IMG/VR virus record: IMGVR_UViG_3300020213_000031 | Origin: a virus | Length of the DNA: 64,000 nt | Strand: one strand, 5' to 3' | Shown: positions 1 to 10,346 of the stretch, piece by piece | Numbering within the stretch: the first letter of the stretch is position 1 | Layout of the letters: each line of letters opens with the position of its first letter | Notes under the pieces: generated by a model | The model's database searches: none | Told to the model about the DNA's origin: nothing | What the model saw: the letters and a program-made list of their open reading frames with translations, nothing else | Made by a program: the position numbers and the translations under genes

Positions 1-193
1 GGAGCTTTTGTGGTGATATAGTACCTTCCTCATTTATAAATGGATTCACTTATATTACCACACATTCTTAGCATCCCAATGCTTCTTTCTCTCTCTTGCT
101 TATCTCCAAGGGATCGCATGGTGCCAGTGATTGCAGCATGTCTTTCGATTGCATGTGTTGTGTGTTGGCAGATGTGTGCAGCCTTGGGTGGAT

Positions 194-362
194 GTTCCAT
201 GTGTTCACTCACGATTGAATGCTGTGAGGGGTTGGCCTTCAGCGATGTTGAGCAGTCGAGGCATTGCCTGTGTTCCATGTGTTCACTCACGATTGAATGC
301 TGTGAGGGGTTGGCCTTCAGCGATGTTGAGCAGTCGAGGCATTGGCTGTGTTCCATGTGTTG
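194..362. repeat. 78-bp tandem direct repeat, about 2.2 copies (copy1 194-271, copy2 272-349, partial copy3 350-362)
   Basis: Unit gttccatgtgttcactcacgattgaatgctgtgaggggttggccttcagcgatgttgagcagtcgaggcattgcctgt recurs with 1 mismatch; seen directly. Confidence 0.85.
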
Positions 363-746
363 GTTGGCATTCTAATGCTGCGGGGAGTTAGCCTTCTGCG
401 ATGTTGTGCGCACAGATCCTTGTGTCATCTGAGTGGGATGTTGCGGGGTGTTGCGTAACGGAGCCAAGATAGATGGATGTGTTGGGAGGGTGTGGGGGCG
501 GTTGGGGGAGGTTAGAAGGAGAGGGGGTGAGTACACTCATCGAGAGCTGGTCGGCGAGGAACCTTACGGCAGATACCTTCGAGAATTGGGGAGAATGAAC
601 CCCAACGGGTGACATACTTCAGAGTCTCGGGCCAGTGCTCTGAATCGTCTTCTGTGATGTGTTTTCCATCCAGGTCGGAATGAAAGCCAGTTTTAAGTCG
701 TTTGGTTTTGATCGGAGTGAATAGATCCATTGCAGGAATTCTCTCA

Positions 747-998
747 TCAAAGTGAGGTAGAGTCACTGCTCTCAGATTTTTTAATGGTGTATGGCATTCT
801 CATGATCCACATCTCTTCTGCGCTGAAGTCTTCGAAGCAACGACACTTCTTTTCCTTTTCCATCCAGACGCCTCCCGAGTATAGGTTTTCAGGGTAGTCC
901 TTGCACCACTGGTCGCATTGACCGGCTTTGAAGGAGGCTTGGCATAGTTGACCGAGAGTGATCAGAATGAGTAAGGTCTTCATTCCTAATTGTATCAC
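747..998 (-). CDS. small secreted Cys-rich hypothetical protein (likely start at internal Met, MKTLLILI..)
   Basis: N-terminal hydrophobic signal-like segment then 6 Cys; no known motif. Confidence 0.3.
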   Translation of the reverse strand: MIQLGMKTLLILITLGQLCQASFKAGQCDQWCKDYPENLYSGGVWMEKEKKCRCFEDFSAEEMWIMRMPYTIKKSESSDSTSL

Positions 999-1077
999 CG
1001 CGTTAACTAATGGTGAATGTTGACATCACCTTTTTCCTTTGCTACACCTTATAAACCAACTTTTGAAGGAGATGAGC

Positions 1078-1260
1078 ATGAATCAACCCAACGATCCCCT
1101 GGTAAGGCTAGCTCGCGTAGAGCAAACGACTCAAAACCTGATCAACAACATCAATAATTTGCTGTCTGAGAACTCCAGGCTCAAGGCTCGCGTAAAGACC
1201 CTGGAGGTCGAGTGTGGCCTTGTGGCAGACGATTCAGGCGAAGATGACCTCGAAGGCTAA
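1078..1260 (+). CDS. small coiled-coil hypothetical protein
   Basis: ATG preceded by GAAGGAG at 6-7 nt spacing; heptad-like LxxNxxN pattern. Confidence 0.35.
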   Translation: MNQPNDPLVRLARVEQTTQNLINNINNLLSENSRLKARVKTLEVECGLVADDSGEDDLEG

Positions 1261-1657
1261 GCAGCCGTTAAGTGCCAGCCAGAGGCGAGCCATAGCGGCG
1301 AAACTGGAGCGTAGGAAGGCGAGGGACTCTTGGGCCGTCATGAAGCTAATGGTGCCGTGTGAGAAGAAAGAGAAGAAGGATCAAAATACTCGGTGAGCCG
1401 AAGACTGAGATGCCTGTACAGCCCATCAATATTCCGATAGTGAAGAGTATGGGGTATCATGGTGGTGGCGGGGACGACTTCTACCTCACTTCAGCATATT
1501 GCGACCGAGATCAGATTCAGTGGATTTATCATCGAGAAATCGCTCGCGGGTTGTCGACCCCCGAACGCATGAGGTGTGATTGCTGTGGTGCAGACTTATA
1601 CGTTTCTAAAAACAACGGTCAATTCATGTCGTCCACAACGATTCCAGAGGTCGTTGG

Positions 1658-2668
1658 ATGGGTAAGGCACGAGAGCAGCAAAATCCTAACCTTGGCCCTT
1701 ATCGAATCGAGCTTAGAGATAACAAGGGACGTTTTACCCGACTTTATTCGAAGGCACGATTTTTCAGGGCGTATTTCCAAAATAAAGCTATATCAAAGCT
1801 CCTACGCTTCCCCGATGGTTGGCTCGTCAAACAAAAACGAGCTTCTGTCGAACTTACAACTTCTCGACACACTAAGCGTTATTTTAAAAAAGAAAAAGAA
1901 GCTAAAGATCGTCGTAAGGGAAGAAAAGCTGGAAGAAAGCCCGCTGTTCGTAAGCCCAGCGTTGAGGAAGAAGCACGAGAAACAGTTGCGGAGCTACCTC
2001 GAGAACGCCCGGAGAATGTCATCCAAACGGAAGACGACGACTTCTTCTGGTCCAGAGTTGAAGCTCTCCGCGACCGACTTGAAGACATTGAGCGAATCCC
2101 TGGACAAGCATCTAAACTCATTTTTCCAATGGAAGCGTCGAGCAGGGGTGTCGCAGCCCATCCCATGAAGCGGCTGGATAAGAAGACGAACAAGTGGGTT
2201 GTCGACAGGGGAAATGTTTTTAAGCGACTTCTGAGTGGCGGGGCGAAGAAGAGGAATCTTATATGGTGGGCAGCGAAGACCTTTTTACAAAAGCTAGGAA
2301 CAAAATACTTCGAGACGGTGGCGCGTCGTACTTCCAAAAGAACTTTATCTTTCCGGGTGTTTCTAACGACAAACCTTCCAAAGCACGAGGAAGTTCTGAT
2401 GGCTCCAGCGGGAGTTCACAGCATAATTTACGATCGAGCGGTAACAAACAAAAAGCTAATGCTCGAAAGAATGACGAGCCAGTTGGTGGCAGGCATTATG
2501 CGCTCTCTCTACAAGGGCGAGGCTTATCCAGAACTGTCGCTAACGAGTTCAGGCGCATTCTTTCAGGTGATACCAGAGTCCGCGAAGTCGATTGGGAAAA
2601 GCTCGACAAAGACCCAGAACTTCAAGCTAGCCTTTACGATTTTCTTGGAAGAGGAATTCTCAAGATAA
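1658..2668 (+). CDS. basic (K/R-rich) hypothetical protein immediately upstream of and overlapping polB; terminal-protein candidate
   Basis: Positional analogy to TP genes upstream of protein-primed polB; overlaps alternative frame 1359-2168 and polB start; boundaries uncertain. Confidence 0.3.
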   Translation: MGKAREQQNPNLGPYRIELRDNKGRFTRLYSKARFFRAYFQNKAISKLLRFPDGWLVKQKRASVELTTSRHTKRYFKKEKEAKDRRKGRKAGRKPAVRKPSVEEEARETVAELPRERPENVIQTEDDDFFWSRVEALRDRLEDIERIPGQASKLIFPMEASSRGVAAHPMKRLDKKTNKWVVDRGNVFKRLLSGGAKKRNLIWWAAKTFLQKLGTKYFETVARRTSKRTLSFRVFLTTNLPKHEEVLMAPAGVHSIIYDRAVTNKKLMLERMTSQLVAGIMRSLYKGEAYPELSLTSSGAFFQVIPESAKSIGKSSTKTQNFKLAFTIFLEEEFSR

Positions 2669-4644
2669 CGAATATCCCCAAGATTCCCTGCCAATATGAG
2701 CCATCAGATAAATTGTATTTAGGCTTAGACACAGAGGACAACTCTAACGGGATTCCACACTTTTACCAGATTGCAACGAGAGATTGCGTTTATATCTGTT
2801 CAAGCTTTCGCGCTCTCTTCAGATACGTCATTCAAGAGTACAAACTCAATTATCGCAATCACGTTGTCTTTGGCACTAACATTGAGTACGAGCTTGGAAA
2901 TATTCTTAAAGACTTTGATGCAAGCCCGGAGACAATGGACATCAAATGGCGCAGGGGCAGGCTAACCAAGTTTGCTTTATCTTACGATCCAGAATTGGCT
3001 TATTGGGGCCGTGACGACGACCGCAAGGGTAAGATGGTTTTTTGGGATACGATGAACCATTGGCCTATGAGCGTCACCAAGATGGGTGAATCGCTAAAAG
3101 AGCATCTTGGCACCGATCTTACAAAACTAGATCGAGATTTCTATGGTTTCAAGTACGCCGCGATGGACGCGATCATTTCTAGGTCTTACGCCTGCATCCA
3201 GCGAGCATATTACGAGAAGAAGGGTATCAAGCTAAAGGCGACGCCAGGATCGACAGCTCTCTGCGTATACGATCAAGGGGTCGGCAAGACGAAGTTCCGC
3301 TCGGAGCGGATCAGGCAAACCCACACACCTGAAGACATTGAATGGATCATGGAGGGGTTACGAGGCGGCAGGACGGAAGTTTTCTCCACGCGAAAGCATT
3401 ACGGGAACGTTGAGTATCTGGACATCAACAGCGCCTATCCATTTTCGATGAAGCATGGAGTGTTCCCAAACCTCATGCAGCACTTCTGGATAGAAGGAGA
3501 TAAAGAAATCAGGGAGTGCATCGACGCCGATTACGAGGGGATGGTTGAATGTGACGTTGAGGCGATAAACCTTCACCCGTTCACGATGATTTACCCGTAT
3601 CTCGGATACAAGGACAACGATACGCAAAGATTCTTTTTCCCTCTCGGAAAATGGAAATCTAAATACACTTTCTTTGAAATCAGAAATGCGGAGAAGCTCG
3701 GATACAAGTTCAAGTTCAGAAAAGCGATCGTCTATGAAAGATGCAAGAAGCATCCATTCCAGAAGTACGTTGATTTTTGCTACGCGATCAGGATGGAGGG
3801 GGACGCAACGAAAAACAAACTCCTTAAAGACGTGGGCAAGTCTTTGGGAAATAATTTGTATGGTAAGTGGGGAGAGCGACAGATTTTCTCCACTCTGGTC
3901 GACCCAGGAAAGTATAATGCCGACGATTTAATCTCATGCGCCAGAATTGGAACAGGCGTTGTGATGGAAGAGGACGAGGGTTACGCCTCTCACACGAACG
4001 GGATTTGGGGTGCCTACATCACAGCAATTTGTCGTGACCTTCTTTATCAGCACATGGTTAGCGCGTGGAATGAAGGCAACGTGATTCTTTACGTCGACAC
4101 TGACGGAATCTTTATCACTGGCGGGAAATTGCCAAAGAATGATCCCGTCAAGCTTGGCGCCTTGAAGCATGAAGGCACTCTTTACTATTTCAGAGCGTAC
4201 TTGCCGAAGCAGTATGAGTATCAATATTTGGATGAGGCTACAGGCTTTGGACGCGTAAATCCAAAAACTGGAAAAACAGAAACAGTTTACAAAGCTAAAG
4301 GTATTCCAGAATTTTACGATATTGTGAATGAGAAAGGTGAAGCCATTCTCGATGCGAACGGGGTTCCAAAGAAGGGGAATTTACGGGAGAAGTTTTTCGC
4401 TACAGGGGAAGCGGACTTTAGGAAGCCGTTGAAGGTTCGGGAAGCGATACGTCGCAAGAAATTCAAAGACCCCAACATCAATCCTGGAATCGACGCGATC
4501 AACGCATGGATTTCTGTAAAGAAAGAGTTGCGCGGGCACCTTACAAAGAGGACGGTGCTCAAGAACGGCTGGACGCTGCCGCTTTGGATTTCAATGAAGC
4601 AGCCTGATTGGTACAGTCCCCCAGAAATGTTCTGTAAGGATTGA
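2263..4644 (+). CDS. family B DNA polymerase with 3'-5' exonuclease, protein-primed (phi29/PRD1-like) type
   Basis: Exo I YLGLDTEDN, Exo III YAAMD, motif A YLDINSAYPFSM (Dx2SLYP-like), motif B KSLGNNLYGKWG (Kx3NSxYG), motif C ILYVDTDGIFI (YxDTDS), KxY-like KQYEY. Confidence 0.85.
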   Translation: MVGSEDLFTKARNKILRDGGASYFQKNFIFPGVSNDKPSKARGSSDGSSGSSQHNLRSSGNKQKANARKNDEPVGGRHYALSLQGRGLSRTVANEFRRILSGDTRVREVDWEKLDKDPELQASLYDFLGRGILKITNIPKIPCQYEPSDKLYLGLDTEDNSNGIPHFYQIATRDCVYICSSFRALFRYVIQEYKLNYRNHVVFGTNIEYELGNILKDFDASPETMDIKWRRGRLTKFALSYDPELAYWGRDDDRKGKMVFWDTMNHWPMSVTKMGESLKEHLGTDLTKLDRDFYGFKYAAMDAIISRSYACIQRAYYEKKGIKLKATPGSTALCVYDQGVGKTKFRSERIRQTHTPEDIEWIMEGLRGGRTEVFSTRKHYGNVEYLDINSAYPFSMKHGVFPNLMQHFWIEGDKEIRECIDADYEGMVECDVEAINLHPFTMIYPYLGYKDNDTQRFFFPLGKWKSKYTFFEIRNAEKLGYKFKFRKAIVYERCKKHPFQKYVDFCYAIRMEGDATKNKLLKDVGKSLGNNLYGKWGERQIFSTLVDPGKYNADDLISCARIGTGVVMEEDEGYASHTNGIWGAYITAICRDLLYQHMVSAWNEGNVILYVDTDGIFITGGKLPKNDPVKLGALKHEGTLYYFRAYLPKQYEYQYLDEATGFGRVNPKTGKTETVYKAKGIPEFYDIVNEKGEAILDANGVPKKGNLREKFFATGEADFRKPLKVREAIRRKKFKDPNINPGIDAINAWISVKKELRGHLTKRTVLKNGWTLPLWISMKQPDWYSPPEMFCKD

Positions 4645-5218
4645 CACCAGATTTCTACCTGCTATATTTTCGTCTTGACCTGATAGGTCGTGCATCCGAG
4701 CACAAGTGATTTCCCTGGTTGGGAGTTGGAATGGAGTTCGATTCTCCGTTCCGGTCATGTCGGAGCCTATCGGGTCATTTTCTTCTTGCACATCACGATA
4801 AAACAATTGCGAACTTAGCGACGCGTGGATAGAGATACTCGGTTTGGTATTCTGGGAGTCGATCCCCGGCGAGTGTTGCAACTTTCTCAAATAACGCGTA
4901 GTGCCGATGCCTCTAGGTGGGTAGCTTCCAGCGAGGGCAAAGGCGCTTTGGGCAGTAAGGCAACTGCAAATTGTCCTTGGATACTTTGGGGTTCGACTCC
5001 CCTCCAACGCTAAGTTCATTTTCTTCTAGCATTTAATCACCATTATGATATGACCTACTTCTTCGTAGGTCGCGTGGAGCGGCTAACCCCTCGCCTGATA
5101 AGTGAGGCTCGACCATGTATTAAGAAAATTCGAATGTAGGGGCGACCACCTTGAAACTCGATAAGCCTAAACCTTTGGTCGGGTAGAGGCACTCCACACT
5201 AATTTTAAGGAGGCATTT

Positions 5219-5605
5219 GTGAGCAGACCTTTGTTCAAAGCAATCGAGTTGACCGTGATAGAAGCGCTTGAAGGTGTAAAGATCACCATCAAGGATTGGC
5301 GCGAGCTTGAGGACGACGAAAAAATGGTTGCCCTTTTGCTGGCATCAAATTTTGTCGGCCCCTTCGTAGACAAGTTGCAGGAATATTCCGGCTACCCAAC
5401 AGAGCTGATCGAGAAAACGTATAAGATTGCTCAAGAGAATAAAATTTGGGAAGGCGATAAAGTCACATCTTATAACCAAGAAGCGGGTAGCGCCTTGCTC
5501 GTCATTCACAGTTTGATCATGACAGGCATTGTTGAGCAAGTCGTGGAGAATGGTCAAGATAGGCTTTTAAACTCGCTCGATACGAAACCAGAAATCTTTT
5601 GCTAG
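5219..5605 (+). CDS. hypothetical protein
   Basis: ORF with GGAGG RBS upstream; no motif. Confidence 0.4.
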   Translation: MSRPLFKAIELTVIEALEGVKITIKDWRELEDDEKMVALLLASNFVGPFVDKLQEYSGYPTELIEKTYKIAQENKIWEGDKVTSYNQEAGSALLVIHSLIMTGIVEQVVENGQDRLLNSLDTKPEIFC

Positions 5606-5614
5606 GGAGATAAA

Positions 5615-6031
5615 ATGAATATTGCTCTTACATCGATAGGTATTTGGCTCGTGTTCTTTTTTGGTTGGCAATTGCGTGAGGAGTCAGTCAAGAGAATGCT
5701 CACGTCGTGGGATTTGGGTTCTCCGATTTTCTTTCTTTCGTTCGGAATGTTTGCCGCGATGGAACATCCAAGTTTCAGGGAGAGGGATCATATTGGATTG
5801 ATGGTCCCCAGCCTTCGAGTGGTTGAGGATTGGCGAAAAAGTTTTGGTTTTCTTTGGGTGCGCGTTGGGGTGAGAGACATGGGCGAGGCAGACATGTACC
5901 TTTACTACGAAAGAATTCACGCGATGGTGGAGGCGAGATATGCAACGATGGGTGAAAATTCGCGGGAAAATGAGACCATCGATCGAGTATCTAAAGACCC
6001 TCAAGACTATCCCCCATGCGGACACGCTTGA
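5615..6031 (+). CDS. hypothetical membrane protein
   Basis: Two N-terminal hydrophobic helices. Confidence 0.35.
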   Translation: MNIALTSIGIWLVFFFGWQLREESVKRMLTSWDLGSPIFFLSFGMFAAMEHPSFRERDHIGLMVPSLRVVEDWRKSFGFLWVRVGVRDMGEADMYLYYERIHAMVEARYATMGENSRENETIDRVSKDPQDYPPCGHA

Positions 6032-6814
6032 AGGCTGGGAGCTGAAGATGGAAAGCCCGCAGTACCGCATGAGATTTTGGTCGGGGTCTTGCATTAGCGG
6101 AAATGGGTTCATTGATTCTTCTTGCGTAGAATTTCTTTCGCAAGATGGATGGGTTCAATGTGAGTATTTTACTCGGGAGGACTATGGAACCGAAGCATGA
6201 GTGGCGAGATTTTGATTTTATGTATTACCATTCCAAAGGCAGAATGTTCAAAAAATTAATCTGCAAGAATTGCGGCGCAAGGGCGCGAAAGTTTGGGAGC
6301 GATATCGAGATTGAAGCAAGAAGCCTGGATAAGAAGACAATGAGGAATTGCTCGAAATGAAAACTAAATGTTGCTGTATTCGCGAGCGTTTGACGAAGGT
6401 TCTCGATGAATTGATTTTAGAAATTGATGAAACCTGTATAGAAGATTTCTCGCGCTTGCACCCACTTGTTTTGAAATCTTACGCGTTACTTAAAGAAGCC
6501 AAGCCGATGCTTGGACATTCTTGCAAGCCACTAACAACTGAAGAAGGAGTCTGTCTATGATCTGTAAACATTGCAAAAAAGAATTGCCCTCAATTTTCGT
6601 TGGAACCACCACAACTTGCACTTGCGACAAATGAACAAGCGTGAACAGGAAAAACTATTACGAGAGAGCGGATTTTTTATTAGGAAGATCGGCGCTAAAC
6701 ACACTATATGGACAAATGGAACAGACGATGTGGCAATCTCAAAGGGAAGTAAAGTCTCCCCTTGCACGCTACGATCTTTTAAATCAATCATGAGAAAGGC
6801 CAAGGCGAACGCTC

Positions 6815-7471
6815 TTGGATAGAAGTATGAGACAAACTTTATTGGCTATTGGCACATGGATCGTTTTAGGTTTTATCAGTCTTGTCGTGGGCTTTGTTTT
6901 TATCGCAATGTTTTCTGGCTGCACAGCCGCACCCAAAGAAGTTTCCGCGATCGTGACGGCAACATCAACAAGTACATCAACGAGCACGGACTATCAGGCG
7001 AGCTGGCCCCAAAAGGAGTACACTGAAATCCTTGTGAAGTCTCTCGACAATCACGGGCAAGCGCTTATGCAGTCCTACCCACCCGAAGTTTGCGGCGATC
7101 GTAAAAAATATTACGTTGCACTTATGTCCGCTCTAGCAGGCTTTGAGAGCAGCTTCGACACGAACGCTAAGTACACTGAAAACTTCAAAGACAACAAAGG
7201 GAAATATATTGTTAGCCGTGGCCTTTTTCAGATGTCGCTTGAAAGCTGCAATGGCAATTACGCTTGCGCCTTTAAGAGCGATAGCGAAATTCATGATCCG
7301 AAATTGGCGATTGTTTGCGCGGTAAAAGCAGCGAACAAGCTCGTCAATCGCGATGGCGTGCTTTACTCTGAATCGGCCCCATGGAAAGGGCTTAGCGCGT
7401 ATTGGGCACCTTTCAGAAACAAGGCAAAACGTGAAGCGATGATTGCAAAAGCAAAGGCGACCTGCAAATGA
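6815..7471 (+). CDS. lytic transglycosylase (SLT domain) lipoprotein
   Basis: Signal peptide + lipobox FSGC; SLT motifs AGFESSFD...GLFQMS...Y. Confidence 0.65.
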   Translation: MDRSMRQTLLAIGTWIVLGFISLVVGFVFIAMFSGCTAAPKEVSAIVTATSTSTSTSTDYQASWPQKEYTEILVKSLDNHGQALMQSYPPEVCGDRKKYYVALMSALAGFESSFDTNAKYTENFKDNKGKYIVSRGLFQMSLESCNGNYACAFKSDSEIHDPKLAIVCAVKAANKLVNRDGVLYSESAPWKGLSAYWAPFRNKAKREAMIAKAKATCK

Positions 7472-7761
7472 AAACAGTAAGAGCGAATTTGAATTATTTT
7501 GTGGAGAGTGGAATCCACACGAGAGCTAGCGAGGATGGCGAGCTTGTCGACATTTCTTACATGGCTAAGGAAGCGCTTGAGGCTTTGAACGGTCAGGAGC
7601 TTGAGACAGCTATGAAGGTTTTCGATATGATCGTGACGACTATCAGGAGCAGTCCAGCTCATCCAGGCAACCCACATGATTGGGATTTTGTAGCGAAGAG
7701 GATTGAAAATATGAAAAATGTGTTCCCGTCTCTTTTCAACAGCGTAATTGGAGGAAAATAG
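7468..7761 (+). CDS. hypothetical protein
   Basis: ATGA overlap with upstream gene; no motif. Confidence 0.35.
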   Translation: MKTVRANLNYFVESGIHTRASEDGELVDISYMAKEALEALNGQELETAMKVFDMIVTTIRSSPAHPGNPHDWDFVAKRIENMKNVFPSLFNSVIGGK

Positions 7762-7978
7762 TGACTTATTCATATCACATTGACGGCCCGCTACCTCTCA
7801 GCGGGAAATATATTGTAAGCAGGCACTCTGTCCTCAACAATGGAACGATGATCTTCGACAAGGAACTCAATCCAAAGACTTTGGAGTTTGTTCGAGACAA
7901 TGGGATGTGCGACAATTTTTTCCTCAATCCAATCTCGGCGGCGAATGCTTTAGCTACAGCGTTGGGTCGGGAGGCGGA

Positions 7979-8242
7979 ATGAAAATCGCAATTCTAAAAT
8001 GCCGTGATTGCGGAGAGGTTTTGAATGAGACGGAGCCATTTCCAGATAAGGAAGAAGGCAGAGTCGCCGTTTCCAGCGGCCTCGCGGCTGGCCCATGCCC
8101 CAAGGGTTGCCGATCCACGTTTTCGGATTTGAACATGAATACGACACTTGAAGTGAGGAGCGTAGACGATGAATCAGGAAAAAGATTGTTTCGGCAGGCC
8201 AGTAATATTGAACCATCAGTTGCGACGCAAACACCTCGTTGA
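7979..8242 (+). CDS. Cys-rich zinc-ribbon hypothetical protein
   Basis: CRDCGE...CPKGC pattern; ATGA start overlap. Confidence 0.35.
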   Translation: MKIAILKCRDCGEVLNETEPFPDKEEGRVAVSSGLAAGPCPKGCRSTFSDLNMNTTLEVRSVDDESGKRLFRQASNIEPSVATQTPR

Positions 8243-8762
8243 TTCCTACTTGTCTGGCAAGTCTGCCAAGGCCGTTGGGAAAATTTTCGGCATCTCAGCG
8301 TGCAGGGTTTTACAAATTTTAGAAAAAATGAAGGTTCCACGTCGAACGCCGCACCAGACCCGATATTGGAAAGGTTCAAATGGAAATCAAGAAAACAAAT
8401 GAAGGCGTTGCGTTTGCGTGTGGATCGAGTTGGGGTATTGGTGCCTACACTTTTTTCCTTGAGGATGGCGTGACTGAGGAGGCTTGTTATGGCTATCCAC
8501 CAAAAGGAATGAACCCACATAAATTTCGCCCAGACATGGAGAGTTGCTTCCCGCGAGAAATAGAGGCGTGGGAGAAGGCAAAGCTTGAGTGGGATGTGAG
8601 AAAGATGGGGATGAGTTTGAAATATGGCACGTTTAAGAAATAATCTCGCTTCTAGGCGATGGATCAATGGCGGTTTACCGATCCACAATGGCGATTGCTT
8701 GATAGAGCAAATTATGGTCGAGGAAAAGTTGTACGGAAAGTCTTGGACTGAAAGGATTTTAT

Positions 8763-9191
8763 TTGATGAGCAACACAACCCAAAAAATTCTCCGCTGTCT
8801 TATGATGACCCAATCAAACAACGACCACGAAGCGCTCGTCGCCGTTCGAAAGGCTAATCAATTATTAGCCGTTTGCAACTTGAATTGGGAGCAATATTTG
8901 GGTGTAGCCAAACGCATGGATGTCGATGAGCAGGAGACTCGCGATCAGCCCGATCCGGAATCAGAAAATCCTGACAACTATGAGAAGCCGACAAGAATGA
9001 GTCGCTATGACCGAACCGCCGAGATGCTCGCCCAGGTGCGCAACCACCTCGAACGCACAGGCTCACCAGCAATCGATTTTATCGCCAGCCTTGAACGTGG
9101 GCTGGCAAATTTCGGATCGCTCACCCCAGGTCAAATGGCAGCTCTTAAAAAGTTTCACAAAAACGCTACAAGGGCGCGAGCACCCTTTTGA
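8763..9191 (+). CDS. hypothetical protein
   Basis: ORF only. Confidence 0.35.
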   Translation: MMSNTTQKILRCLMMTQSNNDHEALVAVRKANQLLAVCNLNWEQYLGVAKRMDVDEQETRDQPDPESENPDNYEKPTRMSRYDRTAEMLAQVRNHLERTGSPAIDFIASLERGLANFGSLTPGQMAALKKFHKNATRARAPF

Positions 9192-9470
9192 CTTCTGCCG
9201 CCAATAGTGCAGAATAAATCAAGGAGAATGAGAATGAAATTCCAAGGTACGGAAATTTTTGATATTCAGCGAACCGCCTACGACAACCTTCGAGGCTTTT
9301 TTGGTCTCCCAGCAAAAACGGTAAGCACGATCGCCATAGCGCTCGATGCAGCCGTCATTTTTGGAATGCTGAAAGCGAGAGAGCGCGATGACGACGTAAG
9401 GGTAAGCACTGAAGTGTTGATTGCGTTGCTCGCCGACAAAACGAACAGATTGAAAAACCTGTGAGACACA

Positions 9471-10079
9471 ATGAGGAAAACACCAAAAGAAATCCGTAAA
9501 ACTTTAAAAGAGCATTATCACAAGAAAAACGGCTGCGAAGGAAAAAGAAAGTATCTTGATGAAAGCTCAGCACAGTCTCGCGCCGCTTACGACAAGCAAC
9601 GGTTCAAAGGCCACAAGCGCAAAGGCGAAGAGGCCCACAGGCCGTATCGTTGCGTTTTCTGCACCTACTGGCATATAGGCACGCCGACGAACCCAAATTA
9701 CCGTCAGGACTTCAAAGAAGTCGTGGAAAAGGCCCAGCTCATTCACGCTGGAGTCCCGATCTTTCGCCCTGAGCGCAATCTCCCTCGTCCAGACCTCTCC
9801 AGCCTCTATCTAAAAGGTTTACTAAAGAAGGAAAATTTGATTCATGGAGAATATTATATCGGATATTGCAAGTTCGCAGTCGTCGCTCGTTGGCACAGCG
9901 AAAATGGGCTATTCTACTATCAGACAGACGGGCGCGAGAATTCGCGCCCACACCCAGCGGACGATATCGGCGGAGATATATTCACCCCCGTCGACAAAAT
10001 CCAGCCAACACGAAATCAGCGCGTATATGAAGCGTTCGGGGAAGCCCATCCGATTGAAAGGCCCAGATTTAATCCCTGA
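9471..10079 (+). CDS. hypothetical protein with CxxC...H motif (PYRCVFCTYWH)
   Basis: ORF; possible zinc-binding motif. Confidence 0.4.
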   Translation: MRKTPKEIRKTLKEHYHKKNGCEGKRKYLDESSAQSRAAYDKQRFKGHKRKGEEAHRPYRCVFCTYWHIGTPTNPNYRQDFKEVVEKAQLIHAGVPIFRPERNLPRPDLSSLYLKGLLKKENLIHGEYYIGYCKFAVVARWHSENGLFYYQTDGRENSRPHPADDIGGDIFTPVDKIQPTRNQRVYEAFGEAHPIERPRFNP

Positions 10080-10346
10080 TGTGAGGGATGGTGGCGGTTT
10101 CACGTTCAAGTACATCGCGAACAAGCTTGAGGGGGAAGATGCGCGGGAGCAAAAGCTGGAAAAGAAAGATGATGAAGATCCGCTGCAAGTATTGTTCGAA
10201 AGCTCTCCGCTCGGGTGGATACGGGGCGAAGAACATTAAGGGGCGCAGTTGGTGTAACGGCTGCGACGGGAACTTGGTTCGAAATTCTTTGGATGGAACA
10301 GGAAAGAGGAAAGAGCGCGAGAAAGGTAAAAAGGAATGTAAAGAGG

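Noticed and set aside
1019-1054. sigma70 promoter TTGACA at 1019 upstream of the 1078 gene
   Set aside because: No acceptable -10 hexamer at 16-19-nt spacing.
4700-5015. Three additional tRNA genes inferred from TTCGA T-loop motifs
   Set aside because: None could be extended into a cloverleaf with a complementary acceptor stem and proper D/anticodon arms; kept only as tRNA-like motifs.
4591-5019. 142-aa minus-strand ORF in the post-polB gap
   Set aside because: Lies over the tRNA-like/palindromic non-coding region; no RBS; likely spurious.
7954-8778. 274-aa minus-strand ORF spanning several small plus-strand genes
   Set aside because: Runs against the uniformly plus-strand operon here, has no start context, and the plus-strand ORFs have ATGA overlaps and RBSs.
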